Source: Methanothrix sp. (GTDB lineage: Archaea > Halobacteriota > Methanosarcinia > Methanotrichales > Methanotrichaceae). Taken from it: a DNA stretch of 64,000 nt. A model generated the notes under the pieces. It saw only the letters and a program-made list of their open reading frames with translations, made no database searches and had not been told where the DNA came from. Each line of letters starts with the position of its first letter. Position 1 is the first letter of the stretch. The DNA is taken from contig OY821645.1 in assembly GCA_963682135.1 (NCBI GenBank), positions 640,001-704,000 on the forward strand. Reading direction: 5' to 3'. Position numbers and translations under genes: made by a program. Positions 1 through 9,850 of this stretch are shown here, piece by piece.

Positions 1-371
1 ATGACATCATCTACAACAATAACGCGATCGCCCTTATTTATACCGTTCAAGAATAGCTGCGACTTGGAGTAGCCGGTCACCTGGGAGACCTCAATCTCGC
101 CGGGTAGACCGTATTTGCGTTTTCTTATTATTACTAGAGGGATGTCGCAGATAATGGAAAGGCCGATGCCTATGGGAATACCCATGGCTTCCACCGTCAC
201 AATCTTGTCTACCTCCAGATCGGCAATGCGCACGATATGGCCAGTAATCTCCCGGATCAGCTCCGGCCTGACTTCGGGTACACCGTCGGTGATGGGATGA
301 ATGAAGTAATTGTATTCGCCCCTCTTGAAGATCGGAGCTTCAAGTAATGATTTTGTTAGCCTTTCCAGCAT
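1..371 (-). CDS. hpt: Archaeal hypoxanthine/guanine phosphoribosyltransferase (runs off window start)
   Basis: Manual translation from ATG 371: [32 protein letters not shown]...VEAMGIP...DRVIVVDDV (PRPP-binding loop); not in ORF track because truncated. Confidence 0.9.
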   Translation of the reverse strand, partial: MLERLTKSLLEAPIFKRGEYNYFIHPITDGVPEVRPELIREITGHIVRIADLEVDKIVTVEAMGIPIGIGLSIICDIPLVIIRKRKYGLPGEIEVSQVTGYSKSQLFLNGINKGDRVIVVDDV

Positions 372-541
372 CTTTAGAGCCTCAATGCTCAATATTCATA
401 AATCAGGGAAATAAAGGTGTTGGATGGGAATGAGAGAATGCGAAAAATGGCGATTAACTAATAATTATGACGAAAATCGCAAGCTACAGCCGCAAGACAC
501 AAAGAATGAATTGAGCTCTCAGACTTCTATTGAAGCGACGC

Positions 542-871
542 TCAGGCTGAAGCCAAAGCCGGCTCAATAGCGATCCTATCGCAGAAGGCTTTGACCTGTG
601 CTTCATCCATGCTATTCTTAGGAATGACCATGACTTGATATCCATCGCTCTCCAGCCTGTTAATGAGGTCTCGAAACTGGCTCATGGCCACTTTAACCTG
701 TTTTGTCAAATCCGGCATCTTCAGAATGACTATCTTGATTGAAGGAATAACTGCATCCACGACATAACCCCATCGTGTGGGACGATGCATCAACACAACT
801 ATCCCTCTCCTGCCTAGTTCGGAGACTATGCCCTCAAACTTCACAATATCTTGCTTCTCGGCTTGTTTCAT
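542..871 (-). CDS. Hypothetical protein, DUF559/Vsr-like endonuclease fold, probably degenerate
   Basis: YVVDAVIPSIKIVI...RD..NRLESDGYQV resembles DUF559 but lacks the E-x-D-G segment; likely start ATG 871. Confidence 0.5.
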   Translation of the reverse strand: MKQAEKQDIVKFEGIVSELGRRGIVVLMHRPTRWGYVVDAVIPSIKIVILKMPDLTKQVKVAMSQFRDLINRLESDGYQVMVIPKNSMDEAQVKAFCDRIAIEPALASA

Positions 872-1014
872 TTCGACTCTACCCCATGCGCAATTTATTA
901 TTTTTATTATTGCAGTAAAAACTGAAGAGGACGGAGCATTTGCCTTCATTCAAGGTTTCCGTTATAAACGGATGCGGCCCTCTTACAAATAGATAATTAA
1001 GAAAGATTGAATGT

Positions 1015-1212
1015 CTAATATCTACCAGGTGATCGAGCAGGTCTATGCTTCTGATAGCATTCACTGCAATATACCGGTCTGGATCCATCCGGCTTGAAGG
1101 GCACTTGTGTCTGTTTGCCACATTCTGAACAGGTAACATCTGTCATTTCTCTGGGACGGCTATTGTAACCACTTCTACTGCTACCGCTGTTTTCATATTT
1201 TCTCTCAAACAT
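1015..1212 (-). CDS. CxxC-x17-CxxC zinc-binding domain protein
   Basis: REMTDVTCSECGKQTQVPFKPDGSRPVYCSECY. Confidence 0.9.
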   Translation of the reverse strand: MFERKYENSGSSRSGYNSRPREMTDVTCSECGKQTQVPFKPDGSRPVYCSECYQKHRPARSPGRY

Positions 1213-1362
1213 TTAATTCACTTACCTCTAGGATCGATTCAAGGAACCGAAACTGCTCTGAAAACATCTCAACAAAGAACTTTGAATCAACGAATCCAGC
1301 ATCACTTAAAGAACCGCTCGACTTATATACCTGTTGGTTAAGCCAAAAAGATTTTTATTCTG

Positions 1363-2466
1363 TTACCTTCTCTTGGTAATTATGGAGAGGATATCGCAGT
1401 CTCTGAGCTCATGATCCAGCCCTACAGATTGACCGGGAAACTTTGCGCTCTTGCCCCAGACCAGAGCGTAGCGGAAAAGATTTACAAAGTCGCGATGAAG
1501 ATGCTCGCAAACCGATTTGACGCTGCTTCCGTCCAGGAGTACCAACGGCTCTTCCAGGTCAGCCTTTCCCCCTTTTGGCTTCAGATAGACGCGAATGAAG
1601 CCCAGTCTCTCGTAAATAAGATCTTTTAGCTCCTCAAGGCCCTGGGTAGTGGCGCAAGAGAGTGGCAAATAATCCCTTCCAAGATCTTCTTTGATTCTGG
1701 TCTCTACATCTCCGAATCGGAGGTCGAACTTATTTATGGCCACAACGGATGGTATGTAAACCCTGTTTCCTGCCAAAAAGTCCACCAGGCTGTCGGTATC
1801 TATATCTTCGCGAACTGTGACATTTGCATTGACAATTCCATAGGCCCGAATGATATCTGCAATCTCAAACTCTGTCATGTGGGTGAGCTTCACAGTGCTT
1901 CGTATGATTATGCCGCCCTTCTTATCCGGTGTGATGTGAATATTCGGAGGTTGTTTGTCGAGCCGAATTCCAGCTTCATAAAGCTCACGCTCCAGAATAT
2001 CCAGCCTGTAGTTGAAGACGTCACCTAATAATAATATTATATCCGCAGCGCGAGCGGCTGTAATGACCTCTCTGCCCCGACCCTTGCCCTTGGCGGCTCC
2101 TTTGATGATGCCGGGCATATCCAGTATCTGGATTTCAGCGCCTTTGTATTTCATGACCCCGGGAATTACTTCCAGGGTTGTGAATTGGTATGCGGCAACC
2201 TCTGATTTGGAAGCAGTCAGATGGTTGAGCAGACTTGACTTTCCAACAGATGGAAAGCCCACCAGGGCCACAGTTGCATCTCCAGACTTCTTGATGTAGT
2301 ATCTTCTACCCCCGCCGCCGCCCTTGATCTTTTGAAGCTCTTGCTGCGCCTTTAGCTTCGCGATCTTGGCCTTGATCTTGCCCAGATGGTGCTCAGTTGC
2401 CTTGTTCTTCTGAGTGTTAAAGATCTCCTCTTCCAGTGCCTTGATCTGTTCCTCGATGGTTGCCAT
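1363..2466 (-). CDS. DRG/OBG-family GTP-binding protein with TGS domain
   Basis: GFPSVGKS, YQFTT, DMPG, NKFD motifs; C-terminal TGS. Confidence 0.95.
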   Translation of the reverse strand: MATIEEQIKALEEEIFNTQKNKATEHHLGKIKAKIAKLKAQQELQKIKGGGGGRRYYIKKSGDATVALVGFPSVGKSSLLNHLTASKSEVAAYQFTTLEVIPGVMKYKGAEIQILDMPGIIKGAAKGKGRGREVITAARAADIILLLGDVFNYRLDILERELYEAGIRLDKQPPNIHITPDKKGGIIIRSTVKLTHMTEFEIADIIRAYGIVNANVTVREDIDTDSLVDFLAGNRVYIPSVVAINKFDLRFGDVETRIKEDLGRDYLPLSCATTQGLEELKDLIYERLGFIRVYLKPKGGKADLEEPLVLLDGSSVKSVCEHLHRDFVNLFRYALVWGKSAKFPGQSVGLDHELRDCDILSIITKRR

Positions 2467-2803
2467 TTATTATCCTCTTAATCCGCCAAGAACAGCGCGC
2501 TTTGCTATCGACTCAGGATGTTCTTGGCTTCGTAGCTGCAAATGAGGCTTCCCCTTTATAAGGTATGGGTTTGCACTTCTGACATTAAAAGGATCGTCAT
2601 GCCAGACTATGCTTTGGGCTGCAATAAATTTTTTTTTGGGTTAAAGCGTTTAAAATGAGTCAAACGTATGTGCTTCTTCAAAGGGATTTGTAGGAAAGGC
2701 AAACGCACCCATCATTATAGAAAAATTTAAATTGTAATAACTAATAGTAATATATTAGCAGCACCTCGCTGGCTAATACGTCTGTTTAAATGAGGTACTT
2801 GAA

Positions 2804-3220
2804 ATGAGAAAAATATTTGCGTTGGTGCTATTGCTGGCCTTTTGCATTCCAGCCATGGCAACTGAATTGCCAAACATGACAGGTAACTGGACCGGAGTTA
2901 TGGATTTTGTGGGATATGACAAGAATACAGCTTGGCTACCGAATGAGACTGTCTCCTTCTGGCCTGGAGAAGAATATAGCTTGACCATATCTGAGCAGCA
3001 TGGACGAGCATTTTCGGGGACGATGGTTCCAAGCTTGAGCCCCAGGACATTGCAAGTTGTGCTGGGGGTCTTGTGCAGCGAAAATGAATCCATAACAATG
3101 GTAGACGAGAACGCCTACTGGTGGGGCGATGTGATCTCGCCGACAGAAATTGAGCTGAACTACCAGAAAGTCAATATGGAAGGGATGGTTGTAGGAGGAG
3201 GGATATTTAAGAAAGTATGA
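2804..3220 (+). CDS. Secreted hypothetical protein (beta-rich)
   Basis: Signal peptide MRKIFALVLLLAFCIPAMA; GAGGT upstream. Confidence 0.8.
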   Translation: MRKIFALVLLLAFCIPAMATELPNMTGNWTGVMDFVGYDKNTAWLPNETVSFWPGEEYSLTISEQHGRAFSGTMVPSLSPRTLQVVLGVLCSENESITMVDENAYWWGDVISPTEIELNYQKVNMEGMVVGGGIFKKV

Positions 3221-3339
3221 TGGCGATTTCATATTCAGCATAAAACACTCTTTTCATCATACTTTTTATAATGGATAACTATTCAAATTTACCATAAACC
3301 TTTTAGCCGAACCATGCTAATAAGCATTCAGGTGAGTTT

Positions 3340-4047
3340 ATGAAAGCCCTCTTTATATTAGCTGTGCTGGCAATATCTATCACCTCAGCAACAAACGCAG
3401 AGGACAACACCAGCGCGTACTGGACCGCTCAGGGCGATGAGCTCAGAGAGCAGTACAAGTTCAATGATTCTATCCAGGCTTACGATAAGGCCCTGGAGAT
3501 CAACAAGTCTCACATAGCCGCACTGGCCGGCAAAGGCGAAGCCTTATGGAATATCGGCAGGTATAATGAGTCCCTCCTAAGCTTTAATGAAGTCCTGAAT
3601 CTAAGCCCATATTACGTCAGAGCATGGGTTGGTAAAGGTGTGGCTCTTCACGGTTTGGGCAATTTCAATGAGTCGCGCCAGGCTTATGATGAGGCACTGG
3701 AGATAGATCCCGCCTATGCTATGGCCTGGAATGATAAAGCCTGGCTGTTCTACAAGCAAGATATGTACCAGGAGGCAGTGGATTATTCTGACAGAGCAAT
3801 TAAGATTTTAAACAAAAATCTCGCAGCGACTATTGACACGAAGGCCGTTGCGCTGGAAAAACTTGGCAAGAACGATGAAGCCCTACAGTGCATCGACAGG
3901 GCCCTGGAGCTGACCCCCACGGATTCAATAGTTTGGATACACAAAGGCGATATCCTGAAGGCACTGGGCAACCAGACCGGATCTGATGCAGCATATGCTA
4001 AGGCAAAGGAACTCCCTGAGCAGATCCTGGACGAATCCAGCGTATAG
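3340..4047 (+). CDS. Secreted TPR protein
   Basis: Signal peptide plus multiple TPRs (AYDKALEI, AWVGKGVAL, AWNDKAW); GGTGA RBS. Confidence 0.9.
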   Translation: MKALFILAVLAISITSATNAEDNTSAYWTAQGDELREQYKFNDSIQAYDKALEINKSHIAALAGKGEALWNIGRYNESLLSFNEVLNLSPYYVRAWVGKGVALHGLGNFNESRQAYDEALEIDPAYAMAWNDKAWLFYKQDMYQEAVDYSDRAIKILNKNLAATIDTKAVALEKLGKNDEALQCIDRALELTPTDSIVWIHKGDILKALGNQTGSDAAYAKAKELPEQILDESSV

Positions 4048-4059
4048 GCAGTGAAACAG

Positions 4060-4189
4060 CGGCGGCGCACCCCGCTGCAAGCATACGGGGCATTCGAGGC
4101 GTCCGCATGAAGACGGAAATAGTTGGTTGATCCGCACTAAAGTCGGAGACGCATGCCCTTTATCCCTGCAGCAGAGCTGCAGGGTATTC
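4060..4189. repeat. REP/IS200-IS605-end-like palindrome pair enclosing a structured core
   Basis: GCACCCCGCTGCAAGCATACGGGGCATTC (4067-4095) and TATCCCTGCAGCAGAGCTGCAGGGTATTC (4161-4189); related copy at 18938-18973. Confidence 0.6.
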
Positions 4190-4354
4190 ATTTTAAAATC
4201 AAAGCCCGCACTTCATGCCTGGGCTCCAACAACGGTGATTGTAGCTTCAGCGAAACGGAGGCATTTGCCCAAATGTGCTGTAGAGCATTGATCTTCGCTT
4301 GTTACTTTTCCCGTGGAACCATTGACAAGTTTTGAAACAGGCTTTGAGATTCCT

Positions 4355-4912
4355 CTAGTCCCCCTGACATATTGCCAGCGTCTGGGCCTTGACCATTTGC
4401 ATCTTCTCCTTTCCTGCCAGCACCTCCACCAGCTTCAGGCCGAACTCCAGGGCAGTTCCCGGCGAGCGGCTGGTTACCAGGTTGCCGTCCACCAACACCC
4501 GCTCCTCGCTGAAGTTTGCGCAGGCCTCCACCTGGGCCTTGCCGGATGGGCTGACAGTTGCCCTGCGGCCCTGCAGGACTCCTGCCTTGATGAGGACCGA
4601 AGGAGCCGCGCATATCGCCGCCACGACCTTTCCCACTTTATCCATCTCCTGTGCCATCTTCAAGATGCGCTCGTCATTTCCCAGATTGATAAAGCCCGGC
4701 GATCCTCCCGGTAAGACCAGCCCGTCAAAGTCCCGATAGTCGATCTTATCCAGAGTGGTATCAGGCAGCATCTTGATTTTATGAGAGCCTTCCACAAGTC
4801 CCTCTTTCAATCCCGCCGTGACGACATCCACATCTGCGCGTCTTAAGATGTCGATGACATTTACAGCCTCAATCTCCTCGAAGCCATTTGCCAGTGGCAC
4901 TAGAATTTTCAT
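4355..4912 (-). CDS. DJ-1/PfpI (ThiJ/YajL) family protein
   Basis: MKILVPLANGFEEIE, LPGG, AAICAAP, TSRSPGTA. Confidence 0.93.
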   Translation of the reverse strand: MKILVPLANGFEEIEAVNVIDILRRADVDVVTAGLKEGLVEGSHKIKMLPDTTLDKIDYRDFDGLVLPGGSPGFINLGNDERILKMAQEMDKVGKVVAAICAAPSVLIKAGVLQGRRATVSPSGKAQVEACANFSEERVLVDGNLVTSRSPGTALEFGLKLVEVLAGKEKMQMVKAQTLAICQGD

Positions 4913-4968
4913 GCTACCATCAATCGCAATTATAATTAATAAAGACGCTCCCACATTCTACTACGACT

Positions 4969-5271
4969 ATGATCTGCCTGCGCTGCGGCCAATGCTGCCT
5001 TCATCTGGACATTTTCATCGTCAATCCTTCTTCTATTCAGGCAGATGGCAGCATCGATGCCGATGATCAGGAGGCCATGATCTTCAAGCCCGCCGGACAA
5101 AGGTGCCCCCATCTTGTCCTTGAAGCCTACTGCGAAGGAGATCGGGCAGTTTGCACGATTCATCACCTGCCCTGCTACCGGGGAACTCCATGCGAACAAT
5201 TCGAGCTGCTCGGGCCGGAGGATGCGGTCTGTGTCATGAGCCGATACCTGCAGGCTCTGGATGAAGGATGA
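4969..5271 (+). CDS. YkgJ-family cysteine-cluster protein
   Basis: CLRCGQCC...RCPHL...CTIH...C. Confidence 0.8.
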   Translation: MICLRCGQCCLHLDIFIVNPSSIQADGSIDADDQEAMIFKPAGQRCPHLVLEAYCEGDRAVCTIHHLPCYRGTPCEQFELLGPEDAVCVMSRYLQALDEG

Positions 5272-5981
5272 TAATCATATCGCATCCCTGGCCACCTTGC
5301 AGAAGACATAGCCTCTTCTCATCTGGCTGCCGGATTATGCCCTGACCCGGCTGGCCAGAGGAGCGCCGGACTTTTGGGGATGACGCAGCGGCGTGTTCGA
5401 GTTCATCCCAGAGGCAAGGATAATCTCTGCAGTAGAGCGGATGGCCTTCCGAGATACGGGTTTTTTCAATTTGAGCCGGGAAGAGAAGATAGTGCGAGCA
5501 GAGTACCTGGATGGACTTGCTCGGGACTATTTCGAATTGAAGAGAGGTGAGCGCGAGGATCGAGCATTGGCTGAAGTTCTGCGGCGTCTGGGAGATATTC
5601 GAACTGATCTGGCTGACTATCCTCAGGCTATCCGGCTCTTTTCGCAGAGCCTGCAAATATCCCGGAATGTTTGGGATAAAAAGAGGGTAGCCGATTCTCT
5701 GGCTGGGCAGGATCAATCCCACATCCCGCATGTCACCCTTCAAACATAGTATTTTTCGCATTCCTGTCCTAGAAACTTTATAATTTTAATTTGCTCATCA
5801 TTTAAATTAATAATCTCTCGCTGAATTGCACCCTTGAATTCAAAGATGGCCTCGTTGATATTCCTGAATTTCTGGAATATCCATTTTAGAGTTGGACGCG
5901 CCGTGGGCTTTCCGAGCTGATTCAATACGGTTTCGCTATATTCCTTCAATTTTTGTCTGATCATCCATTCGGCAATCGAAT

Positions 5982-7122
5982 GAGGATTCCTATTTACTTC
6001 GGTTTAAGAGATTGTTTTCAGAAATTCATGCATAATTCGCTTCACGAGGAGGCAATTTCGCTAAATACTTCATTCGTCAGCCCCCTTTTCTGATCATTCT
6101 TCGACAGCGTCCGCTAGGCTCAAATGATTCCGGCTTTTTTCAGAGTGCAGAGCTGATATAAATTGAAAGCAAAGGCGGTAGCCATCATTTTTATATGAAC
6201 CCTCTTTATCGTTGTAACCAACACCCAGCCCGAGTTAAAAATTCTCTTGATCACTGCATGGGGGCGCTCACCTGGGGATCTTAGCTTGCTGATCAATCGA
6301 TTTCGCTCCTTATCAAGTTCCTCCAGTGGCTTATCGGTTGTCCTGCGCTTCATTGTAAAATCTATTCCCCTGGCCTTTGCCCCAAAATACCCCCTGTCTC
6401 TTAACACCACTTCATCCTCAATTGAGAGATCAACCTGACTATCATGCAACGAAGCCGTGGAAGTCTCGATTTCACGAATCAGGCAATAATCAATATCGGT
6501 TTTTTGATGCAGTTTGTAGCCAAAATGGAATTCATTGCCCTTCTTGGCTATTGTCCCATCCCTACTGCGGCGGGTCTTAGCATCTTTTCCACGTGGTTTC
6601 TTGAACTTTCCGGGATCTGCTTCAATGAACGTGGCATCTTGGATCGTTCCATGTTTGACCTGTAAACCCATAGCATCCAATTGCCTCTGAAGTTCTGCCC
6701 AGACAACTTCATCTTTTCCAGCATTGGCCATGCGCTCTCTAAATAGCCATATCGTCCTAGAATCGGGGAACATATCAGGGAAACCAAGAAATGACATAAA
6801 CGAGATGCGGTCAGCCATTTGTCGCTCAATTTCCAAATCGCTCAAGCCGTACCATTGTTGGAGTATCAGGATCTTGAACATCAAAATTACATCGCAGTTG
6901 GGCCTTCCACCCTTTTCGCTCTTATTGTCATACATCTCATCCAGTATCCGGCGAATGGGTAACCAGTCGATCAAATTCGATATCTGCGATAACCGAGATT
7001 TACCTTGCGTCTCGCTAAGCCCTCGCAATACCCAAGTGGTAAAAGAATTCATAACATATAATGGTGTTAATAGTATATAAACATTTCTATATTAAGAATT
7101 GGGCTGGTTTATAGGAATCCTC
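5982..7122 (-). mobile_element. IS5-family insertion sequence nested in IS1634
   Basis: TIR GAGGATTCCTAT(TT/AA)AC at both ends (14/16); 4-bp TSD GAAT (5978-5981, 7123-7126). Confidence 0.92.
6120..7052 (-). CDS. IS5-family DDE transposase
   Basis: GGRP, LQQWYGLSD, IQDATFIEA, FGYKLH, DRGY, RSPGERPH; intact 310 aa. Confidence 0.93.
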   Translation of the reverse strand: MNSFTTWVLRGLSETQGKSRLSQISNLIDWLPIRRILDEMYDNKSEKGGRPNCDVILMFKILILQQWYGLSDLEIERQMADRISFMSFLGFPDMFPDSRTIWLFRERMANAGKDEVVWAELQRQLDAMGLQVKHGTIQDATFIEADPGKFKKPRGKDAKTRRSRDGTIAKKGNEFHFGYKLHQKTDIDYCLIREIETSTASLHDSQVDLSIEDEVVLRDRGYFGAKARGIDFTMKRRTTDKPLEELDKERNRLISKLRSPGERPHAVIKRIFNSGWVLVTTIKRVHIKMMATAFAFNLYQLCTLKKAGII

Positions 7123-8988
7123 GAATAGATCAATAGGGAAAGAGCCATGATCATAGACAAGGCTTCAATCCGTTCTTCTTTCTTGAGATAGACTTCCGCT
7201 ACCCGAAAGCTTTTGTCCTTTAAGAATCGGAAGCCTTTCTCGACAGCGTTCTGGCCTTTGTAGTATTTTAGCATCAATTCGCCATCAAGTGCTTTATCGT
7301 TGCTTGCCAGGATGAACCTGCCCAGTCTCGCTCTCTCGTTCGCGATGCTTTCCTCATTTAGCACGACTTCGGCTTCAATACGATAGCCTTTTTCAAGTTC
7401 CTCATCTTTCTTCGGACGCCCTTTTTTAGAGCCTTTGCGTTTGCTGAATGCATTAGTTTTCAAATTTTCAAGGATGAAATGAGGATTCTCCAATAGCCAT
7501 CGATCAGCCGCCTTTCTAGCATCGGCTTCGCACGCGAAGAGCACTCTTCCCAGTTTTTTGAACGATTTTCTTGTTTCAGTGAACTCTTTTTCAATCCTCT
7601 TATCAAAGGTCTTTGCCTTGCTGGTATGCATTTCCCTGGAATCGACCACAACCCACTTTTGATCTATTCCGCCATAGTTTATATATGTCTCAAATATGCT
7701 GTAACGATCATCTGAGCATGTCTTCATCTCAAGATCGCGTTTTAGAAAATCCTTGACTTCGCCAACAGTTGAAGGGACATGAGTAATCCATAAGGTCTCG
7801 TCACCTAGGAGGCGGATATTCTCTGAACTGAAAAAAGCGCTATCTGCGGCAAAGTAACCTTTTTCAGAAAAGTCTAGGTTGGACTTGAACGCTTGAATTG
7901 TCTCGATGATAGTTTTCTTATCTGATTTATTTCCGGAATGAGCCTGGACAAAAAGAGGGATGCCACATTGGTTGGTTACCATGCTGATAACGAATTGTTT
8001 TAGATCCCATCGACCGTCCTTGGGATGACCGAGAGTTATTTCCATAGCAGGCAGACAATCCGGTCCTTCGTAATCCCCATGGACGCTGAAACTTGTAGTA
8101 TCGACATGATAGATCTGAGTGCCAATCGATAGTTTCCGAACGCACTTCAAGGCTATCTGATTGAAAAGCATGGTCGAGCCGTATCGATTGATTCTATCAA
8201 GAGTCCTGCCAACAGCATCTTCATTAAAATCTGTTGAAACAACTCCAGGATGAAAAAGGCGTTCAAGCGCAAGATTCTCGAAATAGCTTGGAAATATGTA
8301 CAGCCTTCGCTCAACGAAACCCAAACCGTTGATTATCAAGGCCTTTATTATTTCAGAATGGCTCAGCTTGCATTCGCGAGTCTTCGGAATCAATCCATCA
8401 ATCAATTCAGAAATGCCCAAAGCATCGAAGATTGCTGCAACTAATCCAAGATGGTCAAGCGACAAAGTTGATAATTTCATTTTGGCCCCTTCGAATCCCT
8501 TTGGGGCTAAGAAATCATGGCAGCATAAAAATGTTTCACAAAATTAAGGATACCTGCGGGATGTGGGATCAATCTATTCTTGGCTGATTATCCCAAAGCC
8601 ATCGAGTACCACGAGCAGGCGCTGGCCATTGATCGTGAGATCGGGGACAGAAGGGTCGAGGCCTTAGCATCCTGGAACCTGGGCATGGAATATGAGATAG
8701 CAGGCAATCTCAAGCGGGCTGGCGAAATGATGCAGATACGCGTGGATTACGAAAGAGAGATCGGCCATCCGGATGCTGAGAATGATGCTGCTCACCTGGA
8801 AGCCCTCCTGGACAAATTGAAGAGCTGATCCTGAGGCACATACGATTTCCTGCCCTCGGCCAGGAAATTGCAGGATGCGTTTCGAGCAGGCAATCGCTGC
8901 CGGCGGGAGCCCGGCCCGCTTGCAGCCGCACGCCCATGCGGACGTGTTCACGAGCGGGGGTGGAGAACGAGATGCGACGGATTTAGCG

Positions 8989-9345
8989 CTACTTGCAAGC
9001 CATTTCAAGGAGGCGATTCCTGACAGGTTCCAGATCGTGAAGCAGATAATAGACCTCTATTCCAAATCTTCTGGCACTAATTGCCTGAAATTTATCATTG
9101 GAAATTATGATTGCTTTGTCTGCAATTGCGCAGGCTATGTAGAATGCATCTGATGCCCTTGATCCAGTCTCGAGAGCAATGGAAAATGCGTCATCATAGA
9201 TTTTGGCGGTCTCAATAAATCAGGTTCAATTATTGTCAGGTCATTTTCTTCAATTATCGAAAGCACTTCTTCAGCGCATCGAGTCCTTTCGGAATCATAT
9301 TCGAAGAGAAGATCGATAAAGACCAAAAGCATCTATTACTATCAT
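8989..9345 (-). pseudogene. PIN-domain (VapC) toxin, frameshifted and internally deleted
   Basis: ATG 9345 overlaps antitoxin stop; MIVIDA / VFIDLLFEY / ETGSRASDAFYIACA...IISNDKFQ separated by frameshifts. Confidence 0.75.
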
Positions 9346-9539
9346 CTTCGCTCCTCAACGAACTCCTGCATAACGTCCTTGTCCACTTTGATCCTGAACT
9401 TTCTGGCAGCTTCTGTGATTTTTCCCGCCTTGAGGACAACGAATGCCTTAGTTCCCTCTTGCAGCTTTATTTCCTGCAGGGGCTTAAAGACGCCATTTTC
9501 ATAAACCACTCTTACCTTATCAGCTACAGAATCGGACAT
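9342..9539 (-). CDS. AF2212/DUF104-like antitoxin
   Basis: VRVVYENGVFKPLQEIKLQEG; directly upstream of PIN gene. Confidence 0.88.
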   Translation of the reverse strand: MSDSVADKVRVVYENGVFKPLQEIKLQEGTKAFVVLKAGKITEAARKFRIKVDKDVMQEFVEERR

Positions 9540-9850
9540 ATGAAACCTCCAGATAATGGCAGTCAGAATAGAAAAGGCCCGTCTAGGATAAATATTGTTT
9601 GAAGCAGTCCGGTTCCATCTGCCTTCAGTTCCACCATTTTAATCGCTTCCTCAGCCAGCTCGCCAGGACCGCACGCCTCGGCATCGATCATCTGCTCCGT
9701 CTGCTCGGTCTTCTCCTGCCCAGCGCATCTTTTTCTCAAATGATTGCCGCCGCATTGTCATCGTCTAAGCAATCGCATCATCCGGGCAAGATTATTTAAG
9801 GTCTTGGGGATATCCGCTTCTCATAATACTGCAAGGAGCAAAGAGCAAGA

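Larger units (their letters stand above)
5740..8480 (-). pseudogene. IS1634 transposase, split into 7123-8480 and 5740-5981
   Basis: HVDTTSFSVHG, GHPKDGRWDLKQF, YKGQNAVEKGFRFLK; removing the IS5 plus one GAAT restores ...SLLIYSIAEWMIRQKL in frame. Confidence 0.92.
5718..8567 (-). mobile_element. IS1634-family insertion sequence (interrupted by IS5)
   Basis: 13-bp perfect TIR CCCACATCCCGCA (5718-5730 / 8555-8567); 6-bp TSD ATCAAT (5712-5717, 8568-8573). Confidence 0.92.
5261..8828 (+). pseudogene. TPR protein pseudogene split by IS1634 (5' part 5261-5717, 3' part 8568-8828)
   Basis: PLLIWLPDYALTRLARGAPDFWG*RSGVFEF with in-frame stops at 5309 and 5381; 3' part LADYPKAIEYHEQALAIDREIGDRR; halves out of frame after rejoining. 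Confidence 0.75.

Noticed and set aside
4048-4300. SRP RNA or RNase P RNA
   Set aside because: Structured, but lacks the SRP helix-8 and RNase P GAGGAAAGUCC signatures
5309-5383. Pyrrolysine/selenocysteine readthrough of in-frame TAG and TGA
   Set aside because: The TGA replaces an expected Trp, and the gene is also frameshifted and IS-broken; simple decay explains it
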